Shown here piece after piece: positions 33,880-44,367 of a stretch of DNA of 64,000 bases; position 1 is the first letter of the stretch; each line of letters starts with the position of its first letter. The translations under genes and the position numbers were made by a program. The stretch lies in the NCBI GenBank assembly GCA_963640185.1, contig CAVHXU010000010.1, positions 14,066-78,065 of the forward strand, in the 5' to 3' direction. Source of the DNA: Lachnospiraceae bacterium (GTDB lineage: Bacteria; Bacteroidota; Bacteroidia; Bacteroidales; UBA932). The notes under the pieces were generated by a model. The model made no database searches. It had not been told where the DNA came from and saw nothing but the letters and a program-made list of their open reading frames with translations.

Positions 33880-34863
33880 TTAAAACACTCTCAACGCCGT
33901 GAAATGCGCCAGTTCCTCCAACGCCCTGCGCTCGTATGATTCGGGGAATGCCGCGAGAGAACCCACGGCCTCATCCACATACTCATTGAGCCTGCGGGTG
34001 GCGTATTCTATGCCGCCCGAGGACTTCACGAACTCCACGACCGCACTTTTTATCTGCGGATTGCCGTGAATCTCGGAAAGATGCCTCCGGATGCTCTGCT
34101 CGTGCTGCGGGGCATTGAGGAAGGCTCCGATGAGCGGCAGGGTGATCTTCCTCTCGTCCAGATCCACATACAGGGGCTTGCCGAGGGAGGCCGTGCCGGT
34201 GTAGTCGAGAATGTCGTCCCGTATCTGGAAAGCATAGCCGAGAGCCCGCGCATACTGCCCCGCGGCCTCCACCTGCTCCGCCGTCGCCTCCACCGACAGT
34301 GCTCCGGCCACTATGGAAGCCTCGAAAAGAGAGGCCGTCTTGCAATAGATTATCCTCAGGCAGTCACTCTCCTCCGTGTCGAGGCGTTCCGACTTTTCCA
34401 GCTGGATCATTTCTCCTTCAGAGAGGTTGCGGATGGTGGCGGAAAAAAGGCGCAGCACTCTCGTGTCGGGAGTGTCTTCATCCAGAAGCAGCTCCACCGC
34501 CTTGGCCAGCCAATAGTCCCCCAGCAGCACAGAGACGGTCGGGCCCATAAGGGAGCGCACCGTGGGCACTCCCCTGCGGCTGTCGCTCTCGTCTGCGACG
34601 TCATCGTGGAGGAGCGTCGCATTGTGCAGGATCTCGGACGCGGCGGCGTAGAGCACTGTCCTGCGGGTAGTCCTGTGTTCCAGAGAACAAGCCCTTGCAG
34701 CAAGCACAGAGAGAAGCGGTCTGAGCTGCTTCCCTCCGTGCGAGATGATGGATTCGTTGGTCGAGTCCAAAAGTTGTATGCCGCTGCCGAGAGCCCCCCT
34801 TATACAGTCCTGTACATCAGTCCAGTCACTTCCGAGGCGCTGCCTGATTTGTCCTATGTCCAC
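33880..34863 (-). CDS. Polyprenyl diphosphate synthase
   Basis: GGKQLRP, LLHDDVAD...RRG, KTA, FQIRDDILD. Confidence 0.95.
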   Translation of the reverse strand: MDIGQIRQRLGSDWTDVQDCIRGALGSGIQLLDSTNESIISHGGKQLRPLLSVLAARACSLEHRTTRRTVLYAAASEILHNATLLHDDVADESDSRRGVPTVRSLMGPTVSVLLGDYWLAKAVELLLDEDTPDTRVLRLFSATIRNLSEGEMIQLEKSERLDTEESDCLRIIYCKTASLFEASIVAGALSVEATAEQVEAAGQYARALGYAFQIRDDILDYTGTASLGKPLYVDLDERKITLPLIGAFLNAPQHEQSIRRHLSEIHGNPQIKSAVVEFVKSSGGIEYATRRLNEYVDEAVGSLAAFPESYERRALEELAHFTALRVF

Positions 34864-34878
34864 TTTTCTGATACGGAT

Positions 34879-35523
34879 TTAGAACAGAAACGCCAGAGAA
34901 AGAGTGACTCCGCCGAAGTTGTTCCGGTCAAACGCCTGCTTGAGCCGTCCGACAGGAGAAGTGTATTCGGGATTCTCCTTGTTCTTGAACATCGGCCCGA
35001 TATTCCAGTTGTAACGGGCTGAAAGCTGGAACTTCCAGACCTCCACACCTCCGCCGAAGCCCACGCCGTATTCGAAACGGCTGATGTCGGTCCAGGAATT
35101 CTTGAGCGTTCCCTCCTCGCCGCCCGAGAACTTGTTGTTCAGGGCATAGCCGATGAAAGGTACGACTTCCACAAAAGGACGCATCACTATGAGATCCGGG
35201 CCCCACTGCACGGCGACAGGCAGCTCCAGAAAGCCTGCGGAGTAGCAGAATGACGGGAATACGTCAGTCTTGTCCTCGCCGGTAGAGGCTGGCACCTTTG
35301 TGCCCTTCACCTGATACAGCAGAGAGGGCTGGATGGAGAAACCTGCCGGGAGGGTGAACTGGACGGTAGCCCCCGCGTGATACATAGTCTTCTCGGTGGC
35401 CTTCCATTCCTGAGGGTCCGCCGATGAGAAAGTGGCGCCTCCGATGATTCCGAAGTCAATCTGCGCCGACGCTGAAAAGGCGAATGCCAGAAATATGGCC
35501 GCCGACAACATCAATTTCTTCAT
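34879..35523 (-). CDS. Outer-membrane beta-barrel (porin family) protein
   Basis: Signal peptide, SIQPSLLY..KG, C-terminal Phe. Confidence 0.8.
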   Translation of the reverse strand: MKKLMLSAAIFLAFAFSASAQIDFGIIGGATFSSADPQEWKATEKTMYHAGATVQFTLPAGFSIQPSLLYQVKGTKVPASTGEDKTDVFPSFCYSAGFLELPVAVQWGPDLIVMRPFVEVVPFIGYALNNKFSGGEEGTLKNSWTDISRFEYGVGFGGGVEVWKFQLSARYNWNIGPMFKNKENPEYTSPVGRLKQAFDRNNFGGVTLSLAFLF

Positions 35524-35578
35524 AGCTCTGTCTGTTTATCTGATCAATACACCGGACTGACCTGAAAGTCAGCCTCCT

Positions 35579-35893
35579 CTAAAGCAGGGAGTCAATCTTG
35601 GCAGTAATCGCCGACTTGGGCTGAGCCCCCACAAGACGGTCCACAAGCTGCCCGTCCTTGAAGAACAGGAGGCAAGGGATGCTCATAATGCGGAACTTGG
35701 TGGCGAGCTCACCATTCTCGTCAACGTTGCATTTCCCGACAATCGCCTTGTCGGCATACTCTCCAGCGATCTCCCCGATCACCGGAGAAAGCGCACGGCA
35801 GGGTCCGCACCACGGAGCCCAGAAATCCACAAGGAGGGGCTTACCGGCTGACAGGACCTCGTCAAAGTTGGTTTCAGTGATAATTGTTTCCAT
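35579..35893 (-). CDS. trxA: Thioredoxin
   Basis: WCGPC motif, 104 aa. Confidence 0.97.
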   Translation of the reverse strand: METIITETNFDEVLSAGKPLLVDFWAPWCGPCRALSPVIGEIAGEYADKAIVGKCNVDENGELATKFRIMSIPCLLFFKDGQLVDRLVGAQPKSAITAKIDSLL

Positions 35894-35929
35894 AACGACT
35901 GCAAATTTAACAAAAAACAGTACAAGACC

Positions 35930-36223
35930 CTAATAGGTTCTCTCGACATTCCATACAAAAGCCCGGAGGCCGAGTTTCTCGAACTCGTGGTCTTTTGCAT
36001 AGAGTTTCGCAAAGATGGAGTCAACCTTGTCATCCTCGACAACGGCAAGCATCGCGTTGTTCAGGGTCGGCCAGGCGTGTGTTCCCTCGTGAGGCTCACC
36101 GCTGACGCTGCCGCGCCCGGTGATTTCGTGCCACATAGTGTATCCCCGGCATCCCTCCTCCTCGAGAATGTCGGCTATCTCCATATTGAAAGCCTGATTA
36201 TATGCGATAAATATAGATTTCAT
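35930..36223 (-). CDS. P-II-like transporter-associated protein (PG0541 family)
   Basis: MKSIFIAYNQA...GRGS..GEPH.GTHAWP.LN; follows the RND permease. Confidence 0.85.
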   Translation of the reverse strand: MKSIFIAYNQAFNMEIADILEEEGCRGYTMWHEITGRGSVSGEPHEGTHAWPTLNNAMLAVVEDDKVDSIFAKLYAKDHEFEKLGLRAFVWNVERTY

Positions 36224-36234
36224 ATCATTGTGAT

Positions 36235-39200
36235 TTATTCTGCCGGAGCAGTCGCCGGAGCCGAAAGTGCCGCAGCCTTTGCCGCCTTGGCGGCCTTTCT
36301 GCGCGCGCGGCGTTCCCTGCGGTTCTGGCCGGCTATGATGAACGAAGCGTACATTGTCGGGATGATGATCAGGGTGACGAGCGTGGATATGGTCAGACCC
36401 CAGGCCACGGTGATACCCAGCGATCTCCACATCTCGGAGCCCTCTCCCGTGCCGACAGCCATAGGCACCATACCGAGCACGGTGGTGAGAGTGGTCATAA
36501 GGATAGGACGGAGACGGCTCTTGCCCGCCTCGACGACGGCATTCTTGATCTCATAGCCCCTTTCCTGAAGCAGTATGGTGTAGTCTATCAGCACGATACC
36601 ATTCTTCACCACTATACCCATCAGGATGATGATGCCGATGAGAGCCATAACGCCGATTGCCGTGTTGGTGATCGTACAGCCCAGAGCCACGCCGGTGAGG
36701 GCGAACGGAATGGAGAACATAATCACGAACGGCCCCGTGAGAGACTCGAACTGCGAAGCCATCACCATATAGACGAGGATGACGATGAGAATGAGCAGCG
36801 TGATGAGGTCTTTGAACGTATCCTGCTGATCCTCGATATCTCCGGAGATGAGCACCGACAGCTCCGACGGGATGTCGGTGCCGCTGATTATCTGATTGGC
36901 GGCAGTGACTGCATCGGAAAGGGCGTGGCCCCTGGCGACATAGGCGGTCACGGTGACGAGACGCTGACGGTCCTTTCTCTCGATCGTAGGCGGGGTGGAA
37001 GTCTCCACCACCTTGCCGAGATCCTTGACCTTGATGGCCGCGCCGGCAGGAGTGTAGATGGAGATGTTCTCGATGTCCTCCACACTGGTCCTGAACTCCT
37101 TGGCGTAGCGGACGCGGATGTTGTACTCCTCACCGTCCTCGCGGTAGAATGACTGGACGGAACCCTTGATGGCTGCGCTCACCGCGGAAGCCGCAGTGGT
37201 GGTGTTGAGTCCGTTGATGGCCAGCTTCACCCTGTCGAAATCGACCTGATACTCCGGAGTGTATTCGTCACGGCTGACTATGGCCTCGGCAAATTCGTCG
37301 CTTGCCTTCATCCGCGAGGCGAGTTCGCCCGCCACGCGGTCGGTGGTCGTGAAATCATAGCCATAGACCTCAAGCTTGACGGAGGTAGAGCCTCCCATAC
37401 CCATACCGCCTTCCGAGACGGTGTATTTCTTGATCTGCGGATATGAGCCCAGAATCCCACGGAAGACATCCGCAATCTCGGAAGATGACCTCTCGCGGTT
37501 TTCCATACTGCCGAGGTCTATGTTCACGGAAATGATGTGGGTGCCGTTGCTCTGCATAGAGGCGAAGGCATTGTCGGAGTCCGCCTGACCGAAAGAGTAG
37601 CTGTAAACCCTGATCTCCGGAGCGGCGGCGGTGACCTTCTGATAGATGTCTGCAGCAAGGTTCCGCGTGATGTCCTGACCCGTCCCCACAGGCAGTTCGA
37701 TGGTGGCGCGGAGACGTCCCGAGTCGGACTGAGGGAAATACTCGGTCTTCATACGCGGGATGTATAGAGCCATAGAGCCGGCGAACACGGCGAGCGCGAT
37801 GGCGATGACCCAGCCCCTGTGGCGTGTAGCCCAGGCTATGACGTGGCCGTAGCCCCTCGTTATCCAAGCGATGAACTTGTTGATGTTTCCGAACACGAAA
37901 GTATAGACCTTGCCGTGATTCAGCTTATGCTTGAGCATACGGGAGCACATCATCGGCACGAGGGTGAGCGCGCCCGCAGTGGAGACGATCATAATGATTG
38001 ACACGATCCATCCCAGCTGACGGAACATAATTCCGGACATACCCTGAATCATAGTCATCGGGAGGAACACCGCAAGCATAGTCAAAGTGGAGGCCACGAC
38101 GGAGATACCCACTTCCTGAGTGCCATGTACGGCCGCTTCCTTGGGTTTCTCTCCCCTCTCGATGTGGGTGGTGATGTTCTCCAGCACCACAATCGCGTCA
38201 TCGACGACCATACCGATGGCGATGGACAGCGCCGACATCGATATGATGTTCAGCGTATTGCCGGTCGCGTACAGGTAGATGATGGATGCCAGCAGGGATA
38301 TAGGGATGGCGAGCACGATGATGAATGTGGCCCTCCATCTGCCGAGGAATATGAACACCACGAGAGCCACAACCAGGAAGGTGATGAAGATGGTCTCCTT
38401 CAGCGAGTTGATGGAATTGATGATGTTGCGGGAACTGTCGACGACGGTGGTGATCTTTATGTCCGAAGGCAGAGTCTCCTGAATCTGGGCCATAGTCTTC
38501 TTCACCTTCTTGATGACATTGACCGTATTGGCACCGGACTGTTTCTGGATGATGATCTGCGCACCCTGCACTCCGTTGGTGAAAGCTTCCTGAGAACGCT
38601 CCTCAAGTCCGTCCACCACCGTGGCGACATCGCGGAGATAGACCGCGCGGTCGCCCGAATAGCCTACGACAACATCCAGCATCTCGTCAGCCGAAGTGAA
38701 CTCCTTCTTGATGCGGAGGGTGTAGGTGTCCGAGCCTATGTCGATGTTGCCGGAAGGCACGTTCTTGTTTTCAGCGGCGAGAACCGTGGAAATGCCCGTG
38801 AGCGACAGGCCGTAGGCGTCCAGCTTGTTGGGGTCGCAGTAAACCTGTATCTCACGCTGGGGAGCTCCGCTCACTGACACCGTACCCACGCCGGACACGC
38901 GGGCAAGAGGGGTGGACACCTTGTCGTCAAGTATCTTCTCCAATGCCGGAATACTCTGCGTAGCGGTGGCGGAGTAGATGATGATAGGCATATCGTCTGC
39001 GCTGAACTTGAAGATCATCGGCACCGAAGCACCGTCAGGCAGGGACGAATTGACCATATCCAGCTTGTCCCGGACATTGTTGGTCGCCTCCTCTATATCG
39101 ACTCCGTACTCGAATTCCAGCGTGATGATGCAGACATTCTCCTTGGACTGCGAAGTGATATGCTTGAGGTCGCTCACGCCGTTGAGGGCGTTTTCCAGCA

Positions 39201-39396
39201 CCTTGGTGAGGTTGGTCTCAATGTCCTCGGCACTCGCACCCTGATAGGAGGACATCACCATAATGGTGTTGGCGTCGAAATCAGGATAGTTGTTGATGGA
39301 CAGATTGCTCAGCGAAAACAGTCCGAAGATGGCGAAGGCCGTGAACACCAAGGTCGTCGTCACCGGATTGTTGACCGCTTTTCTATATATGCTCAT
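36235..39396 (-). CDS. RND efflux permease (AcrB family)
   Basis: 1053 aa, GMVVDDAIVVLENI, SRLRPILMT. Confidence 0.96.
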   Translation of the reverse strand: MSIYRKAVNNPVTTTLVFTAFAIFGLFSLSNLSINNYPDFDANTIMVMSSYQGASAEDIETNLTKVLENALNGVSDLKHITSQSKENVCIITLEFEYGVDIEEATNNVRDKLDMVNSSLPDGASVPMIFKFSADDMPIIIYSATATQSIPALEKILDDKVSTPLARVSGVGTVSVSGAPQREIQVYCDPNKLDAYGLSLTGISTVLAAENKNVPSGNIDIGSDTYTLRIKKEFTSADEMLDVVVGYSGDRAVYLRDVATVVDGLEERSQEAFTNGVQGAQIIIQKQSGANTVNVIKKVKKTMAQIQETLPSDIKITTVVDSSRNIINSINSLKETIFITFLVVALVVFIFLGRWRATFIIVLAIPISLLASIIYLYATGNTLNIISMSALSIAIGMVVDDAIVVLENITTHIERGEKPKEAAVHGTQEVGISVVASTLTMLAVFLPMTMIQGMSGIMFRQLGWIVSIIMIVSTAGALTLVPMMCSRMLKHKLNHGKVYTFVFGNINKFIAWITRGYGHVIAWATRHRGWVIAIALAVFAGSMALYIPRMKTEYFPQSDSGRLRATIELPVGTGQDITRNLAADIYQKVTAAAPEIRVYSYSFGQADSDNAFASMQSNGTHIISVNIDLGSMENRERSSSEIADVFRGILGSYPQIKKYTVSEGGMGMGGSTSVKLEVYGYDFTTTDRVAGELASRMKASDEFAEAIVSRDEYTPEYQVDFDRVKLAINGLNTTTAASAVSAAIKGSVQSFYREDGEEYNIRVRYAKEFRTSVEDIENISIYTPAGAAIKVKDLGKVVETSTPPTIERKDRQRLVTVTAYVARGHALSDAVTAANQIISGTDIPSELSVLISGDIEDQQDTFKDLITLLILIVILVYMVMASQFESLTGPFVIMFSIPFALTGVALGCTITNTAIGVMALIGIIILMGIVVKNGIVLIDYTILLQERGYEIKNAVVEAGKSRLRPILMTTLTTVLGMVPMAVGTGEGSEMWRSLGITVAWGLTISTLVTLIIIPTMYASFIIAGQNRRERRARRKAAKAAKAAALSAPATAPAE

Positions 39397-39428
39397 TTGC
39401 TTTCTTCTTTAAACCGTTCAGCGATGAT

Positions 39429-40523
39429 CTATTCGGCATCGGCCTTGATGCTGACTCTGATGCCGTCTCTCAGACGGGACTGGCCCTCGGTAACGACCAC
39501 AGCGCCGTCCTCAATTCCTGAAAGCACCTCATATTTGGAGCCGGTGTGACGGCCGAGCTTCACGTTCACATAGGATACCGTGCCGTCCTCATTGACGACA
39601 TAGATGAACCTCTCACCGGAGCCTGTCTGCTTGACGATTGCGGTGTCAGGCACCACGATGCTGTGGTTGACGCCGAAGCGCACGGTCACGCGGGCATACA
39701 TCCCGGGACGCAGCACCTTGTCCTTGTTCGGGACCTGGATTTCCACATTGAAAGTGTGGGTGGTGGCGTCGATAGTCGGGTAAACCCTGGCGATCCTGCC
39801 CTCGAAAACCCTGTCGCCGAAAGCATCCACGGTGAGAGTCACGGAGTCGCCCTTGCTTATCTTGGAGTAATCGGACTCCGAAATGCCCACAAGCATCTTG
39901 ACCGGAGTGATCTGCTCGACGGTGAAGATGGGCGAGCCCATAGTGTACATATCACCCTTGTCATAGTTGCGTGCGGAAACGACGCCGGTGATCGGCGAGC
40001 GGAGCACGGTGTTGGTGAGAAGGTTCTGATATGTGGTCCTGCTGACCTTGTAGGTGAGCTCCATAGCGTCGAGATCGGACTTGGAGAGTCCGCCGGCATC
40101 GTAAAGATCCTTGAGACGGTTGTACTCGACCTCGTTGTTCTTCATCTGAAGTTCGGCCTGCTGAAGCTGAAGCTTGTCCATCTGGGCAAGTATCTGGCCT
40201 GCATAGACAAAGTCACCGACCTCCACGTTGACTGTGCTGATCCGCACGGAGGACTGTGGAGCGATATTGTTCTTGGCGTATGGTTCCACTGTGGAAGTAT
40301 ATACCTGTGTCTGAGGTACATCCTCACGAGTCACCGCCACAGCGGTGACTTCGGGAACGACAGTGGTTTCCGCCTCGGCCGTCTGCGCCGCTGCCGCAGC
40401 CCCATCAGTCGAGAGGCTGTCCGTGACCGGATCTGAAGATTTCGCTCCCCTTCCGGAAAAGCCGCAGGAGACCACAATCAGGGCAACTGCCGCGAATGAA
40501 AGATTCTTGAAAATTCTGTTCAT
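39429..40523 (-). CDS. RND periplasmic adaptor (MFP) lipoprotein
   Basis: Lipobox, V.VGD.V, SPITGVV, LRPGMYARV. Confidence 0.95.
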   Translation of the reverse strand: MNRIFKNLSFAAVALIVVSCGFSGRGAKSSDPVTDSLSTDGAAAAAQTAEAETTVVPEVTAVAVTREDVPQTQVYTSTVEPYAKNNIAPQSSVRISTVNVEVGDFVYAGQILAQMDKLQLQQAELQMKNNEVEYNRLKDLYDAGGLSKSDLDAMELTYKVSRTTYQNLLTNTVLRSPITGVVSARNYDKGDMYTMGSPIFTVEQITPVKMLVGISESDYSKISKGDSVTLTVDAFGDRVFEGRIARVYPTIDATTHTFNVEIQVPNKDKVLRPGMYARVTVRFGVNHSIVVPDTAIVKQTGSGERFIYVVNEDGTVSYVNVKLGRHTGSKYEVLSGIEDGAVVVTEGQSRLRDGIRVSIKADAE

Positions 40524-40542
40524 ATTATCGTCTGTCTGTTAT

Positions 40543-42057
40543 CTAGTTGAGAAAATCCTGTCCGAGAGTCTGTTCGAGACTTGCCTTTGCCACGATGAAA
40601 TTGTAGATCGCCTGAGACTCGGAAAGTCTGGCCTGGGTGAGCGCGAGCTGCGCGTCGTTGAGCTCCGTGAGCGTGGCGCGTCCCACCTCATAGGACACCT
40701 TGGCGATGTCGTAGGCCTTCTGAGCCGTCTCGACAGCTGAATTCGCGGAATTGTAGCTCTTCATATTGGTCTCCATCGTGGTGAGATTCTGACGGATGGA
40801 GATCTTGAGATTGCGCTCGGTGTCCGTCATCTGCAGCTTGAGCTGCTCATAGCTGCTTCTGGCCTGACGCACCTGATTGAGCCTCTTTCCGCCCGAGAAG
40901 ATGGGGATGGAGAGGCTGACGCCCACATAGGAGTAGGGCGTCCATTTCCACTCGCTGAAGCGCACGTCGTTGGCCATAGAGTTGTAGCTGTAGTTGAATG
41001 CGAGCGACAGCGTCGGGAGATAGGCGTATTTCTGAAGCCTTATGGTCTGGGCAAGCTCCTCCGCCTGAATGGCGAGCTGCCTCATGGAAGTGTTGTCCTC
41101 AAGGGAAATCTCATCGTTCTCGTGGATGTCGCGGAACATAGTGCCGGCATAGTCCTCCAGCTCCCCGGCGATGTCGACGTTCAGATCCAGATCCACGCCC
41201 ATAACGGCCTTTAGCTGCCACAGAGCCAGAATCACGGAACTCTCCGCATTATAGACATTGGGAATGGCATTGGCGACCGTGGTCTTGGCTCTCGCGAGGT
41301 CGAGAGCCGAGGCTTTCTGGGTGATGGCCTTTTGCTCGGTCTCTTCATAGTTTTCGACGGCATTCTCGTACACGTCCTTGTACACTTTGAAGGATTCCTT
41401 GGCCAGAAGAACGGCGTAATAGGCGTTCTTGACGGATCCGACCATCTCCAGGCGGGATGAACGGGCCTTTTCCACAGCCAGTTCCACATCCAGTCCGGAA
41501 ATCTTTATGCTCTGCCAGAGCTGGGCGTTGATAATGGGCATAGAGGCCGACACGCCGCCGCTGAGGGTGTTCCAGCGGCCCACCTCCAATCCGTCGGATG
41601 ATGACTTGTCGGAAGAAGAGCCGCCCGAAGCACTGCCTGAACCGCTGCCGTCATCGCCGCTTCCCTCTCCTGTGCCGGTACCCGAACCGGAGCCGCCTAT
41701 GGAACTCATATCGAAGTCCATATACATCACCTGCTTCTTGATGGTCCTCTGATAGGAACCGCTCAAGTCAATCTGCGGGAAAAGGGAGGCATATGTGCCT
41801 TTCTTGGCATAAGCGGTACGCTCGATTTCCTTGTCAGCCACCTTGACCGACACATTTTCGCTGAGAGCTATCTGCAGAGCCTGCTCCAGAGTGATCACCA
41901 GAGGGGCTTCGGCCGTGTCGGCCTGCTCAAGCAGCAGCTGCGCCTCAGTTTTCTGCGGTTCCCCCCTGCCGGCATCCTTCTTCCGGTACTGTGCAGAAGC
42001 CTGCACGGAGCAAAGCACAAGGGCGGTCACCGCAACACTAAACACTGCTTTCTTCAT
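40543..42057 (-). CDS. TolC-family outer-membrane channel
   Basis: LEQALQIAL..N, two OEP repeats, Gly/Ser-rich loop. Confidence 0.93.
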   Translation of the reverse strand: MKKAVFSVAVTALVLCSVQASAQYRKKDAGRGEPQKTEAQLLLEQADTAEAPLVITLEQALQIALSENVSVKVADKEIERTAYAKKGTYASLFPQIDLSGSYQRTIKKQVMYMDFDMSSIGGSGSGTGTGEGSGDDGSGSGSASGGSSSDKSSSDGLEVGRWNTLSGGVSASMPIINAQLWQSIKISGLDVELAVEKARSSRLEMVGSVKNAYYAVLLAKESFKVYKDVYENAVENYEETEQKAITQKASALDLARAKTTVANAIPNVYNAESSVILALWQLKAVMGVDLDLNVDIAGELEDYAGTMFRDIHENDEISLEDNTSMRQLAIQAEELAQTIRLQKYAYLPTLSLAFNYSYNSMANDVRFSEWKWTPYSYVGVSLSIPIFSGGKRLNQVRQARSSYEQLKLQMTDTERNLKISIRQNLTTMETNMKSYNSANSAVETAQKAYDIAKVSYEVGRATLTELNDAQLALTQARLSESQAIYNFIVAKASLEQTLGQDFLN

Positions 42058-42111
42058 TATTATGATTTTTCTATTACAAAAGTGTCGTCGAGATGCAACA
42101 AATATGCCACT

Positions 42112-43008
42112 CTATCGGTTCAGCGGCTTGGCATAATGCGTCTCCACGGTCTGATGCCCCTGCGGATGCACGGCCCTCGCCGGAATCTTCCGGACGAATG
42201 CATAGACCAGAAACGCTATCCCGAGCAATATGAACGGGATGCTGAGCAGCTGACCCATATTGAGACCTATATGCTGTATCATATCGTTCTCGAAGCCCAC
42301 CTGCGGCTCCTTGATGAACTCGATGAGGAAACGCATCCCGAAACAGCCGATGAAGAACCAGCCGATGAAGAAGCCCCGATAGGTCTTGTCCAGCCTGAAC
42401 TTGTAGAACGACATCAGGATGATGCCGAGTACGGTGTAGCTCAGAGCCTCATAGAGCTGGGTCGGATGCTTGGGCAGGGTCTCCCCCCGCAGATCGAATA
42501 TCACTCCCCACGGCAGGTCGGTGACATCGCCGTAAATCTCAGAGTTGAAGAGATTGCCGAGCCTGATGAGAGCCCCGGCGAAGCAGACCGTTATGGCGAG
42601 ATGATCCAGAATCCACACGAAGTCGAAGTCGTACTTGCGGCCGAACTTGCGGGCGAACCACCACATTGCCAGGAACAGGGCTATCGTGCCTCCGTGACTC
42701 GCCAGACCGCCCTTCCACGGCATAAATATCTCCAGAAATCCTTGCCAGGAGCCGAAATAGTACTCTGGCTGATAGAAGATGCAGTGGCCGAGCCTTGCGC
42801 CCACGATGGTGGCGATGAGAAGAGTGTACAGCAAATAATCCAAAAGAGGGCTGGACTCGATGCCCTCCCTCTTGAAGAAATATTTGAATATGTACCAGCC
42901 AATGATGAATCCCGACACGAAAAGTATCGAGTAGTACCTGATGGACAGGGCTCCGATGTGGAAAATCTCGGGATTTACATTCCAGTGGAAGGATAACAGT
43001 TCAAACAT
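42112..43008 (-). CDS. lgt: Prolipoprotein diacylglyceryl transferase
   Basis: GARLGH, GGLASHGG, IRLGNLFNSEIYG, HPTQLYE. Confidence 0.97.
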   Translation of the reverse strand: MFELLSFHWNVNPEIFHIGALSIRYYSILFVSGFIIGWYIFKYFFKREGIESSPLLDYLLYTLLIATIVGARLGHCIFYQPEYYFGSWQGFLEIFMPWKGGLASHGGTIALFLAMWWFARKFGRKYDFDFVWILDHLAITVCFAGALIRLGNLFNSEIYGDVTDLPWGVIFDLRGETLPKHPTQLYEALSYTVLGIILMSFYKFRLDKTYRGFFIGWFFIGCFGMRFLIEFIKEPQVGFENDMIQHIGLNMGQLLSIPFILLGIAFLVYAFVRKIPARAVHPQGHQTVETHYAKPLNR

Positions 43009-43017
43009 AGGCGATTG

Positions 43018-44271
43018 TTATTCTCGGATGGCTGCGATACCCGGGAGTTCCTTGCCCTCAAGGTATTCGAGCATCGCGCCGCCGCCGGTTGACACATAGC
43101 TGACCTTGTCGGCGAAGCCCATCTGAGTGACGGCGGCTACTGAATCTCCACCGCCCACAAGGGTGAAAGCGCCCTTCTCCGTAGCTTTGGCAAGCATCTC
43201 GGCCACTTTCATAGTACCCTTGGCGAATGCCGGGATCTCGAAGACTCCGACAGGACCGTTCCACAGAATGGTCTTCGACCTCATAATGACCTCCTCCCAA
43301 GTGGCGAGAGTGCTCGGAGCGGCATCGACTCCCTCCCATTCGTCCGGAATCTCGTTGTTGCGGCAGATTCTGGTATTGGCGTCGTTGGAGAAGCTGTCGG
43401 CGATGACCACCTCGTCTGAAAGATAGAGCTTGACGCCCTTCTCCTCGGCTTTCTTGAGGATGTCGAGAGCGAGTCCCTGCTGGTCATCCTCGCAGAGAGA
43501 TTTGCCGATTCTGCCTCCCTGTGCCTTCTTGAAAGTATAGACCATACCGCCGCCGATGATCATATTGTCAACGGCGTCGAAGAGGTGCTCGATGATGCCG
43601 ATCTTGGAGGACACCTTGGCGCCGCCTATGATGGCTGTCACAGGATGCTCCGGAGTCTTGAGGACACGGTCAATGGCCCTGATCTCGCCCTCCATCACGT
43701 AACCGAACATCTTGTCGTTAGGGAAATACTTGGCTATGAGCGCAGTGGAAGCGTGTGCACGGTGCGCCGTACCGAAAGCGTCGTTGATGTAGCAGTCGGC
43801 ATAGGAAGCGAGAGTCTCGACGAACTTCTTCTGGCTTTCCTTTACAGCGGCCTTGGCCGCCTTTTTCTCCTCATCGGTGGCATCTTCAGCAAGTCCCCTC
43901 GGCTTGCCCTCTTCCTCCGCATAGAAACGGAGATTCTCAAGAACGAGAACCTCGCCCGGCTTGAGGGCGGCAGCCTGCTCCTGAGCGTGCATACAATCCT
44001 CGGCGAACTTGACAGGGACACCGAGAAGCTTCTCCACGCGGCCGAGAATGTGCTTGAGGGAATATTTGGCTTCGACTCCCTTCGGACGGCCGAGATGTGA
44101 CATTATGATGAGCGAACCGCCCTTCTCGAGGACTTTCTTCAGAGTGGGAATCGCGGCGCGGATGCGCGTGTCGTCCGTAATCTCGAATTTTTCATTCAAT
44201 GGGACGTTGAAGTCAACGCGGACGATGGCTTTCTTGCCTGCGAAATCGTAAGTGGAAATGTTCTGTTGCAT
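43018..44271 (-). CDS. pgk: Phosphoglycerate kinase
   Basis: [34 protein letters not shown]. Confidence 0.99.
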   Translation of the reverse strand: MQQNISTYDFAGKKAIVRVDFNVPLNEKFEITDDTRIRAAIPTLKKVLEKGGSLIIMSHLGRPKGVEAKYSLKHILGRVEKLLGVPVKFAEDCMHAQEQAAALKPGEVLVLENLRFYAEEEGKPRGLAEDATDEEKKAAKAAVKESQKKFVETLASYADCYINDAFGTAHRAHASTALIAKYFPNDKMFGYVMEGEIRAIDRVLKTPEHPVTAIIGGAKVSSKIGIIEHLFDAVDNMIIGGGMVYTFKKAQGGRIGKSLCEDDQQGLALDILKKAEEKGVKLYLSDEVVIADSFSNDANTRICRNNEIPDEWEGVDAAPSTLATWEEVIMRSKTILWNGPVGVFEIPAFAKGTMKVAEMLAKATEKGAFTLVGGGDSVAAVTQMGFADKVSYVSTGGGAMLEYLEGKELPGIAAIRE

Positions 44272-44306
44272 AATATGAAATTGTAATTATTGTCGGTTTC
44301 AAGCCG

Positions 44307-44314
44307 CAAATATA
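44307..44314 (-). promoter_or_regulatory. -7 promoter box (TATATTTG) for pgk-lgt
   Basis: TAnnTTTGC match. Confidence 0.65.
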
Positions 44315-44367
44315 CATCTTTTTCTGATATCTGGGAGATATTTTCATCCCCCCTGCCGCGGGCGGGA

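Noticed and set aside
41590..41705. Gly/Ser-rich stretch in TolC
   Set aside because: Low-complexity loop in an otherwise ordinary TolC protein; no exact DNA repeat unit
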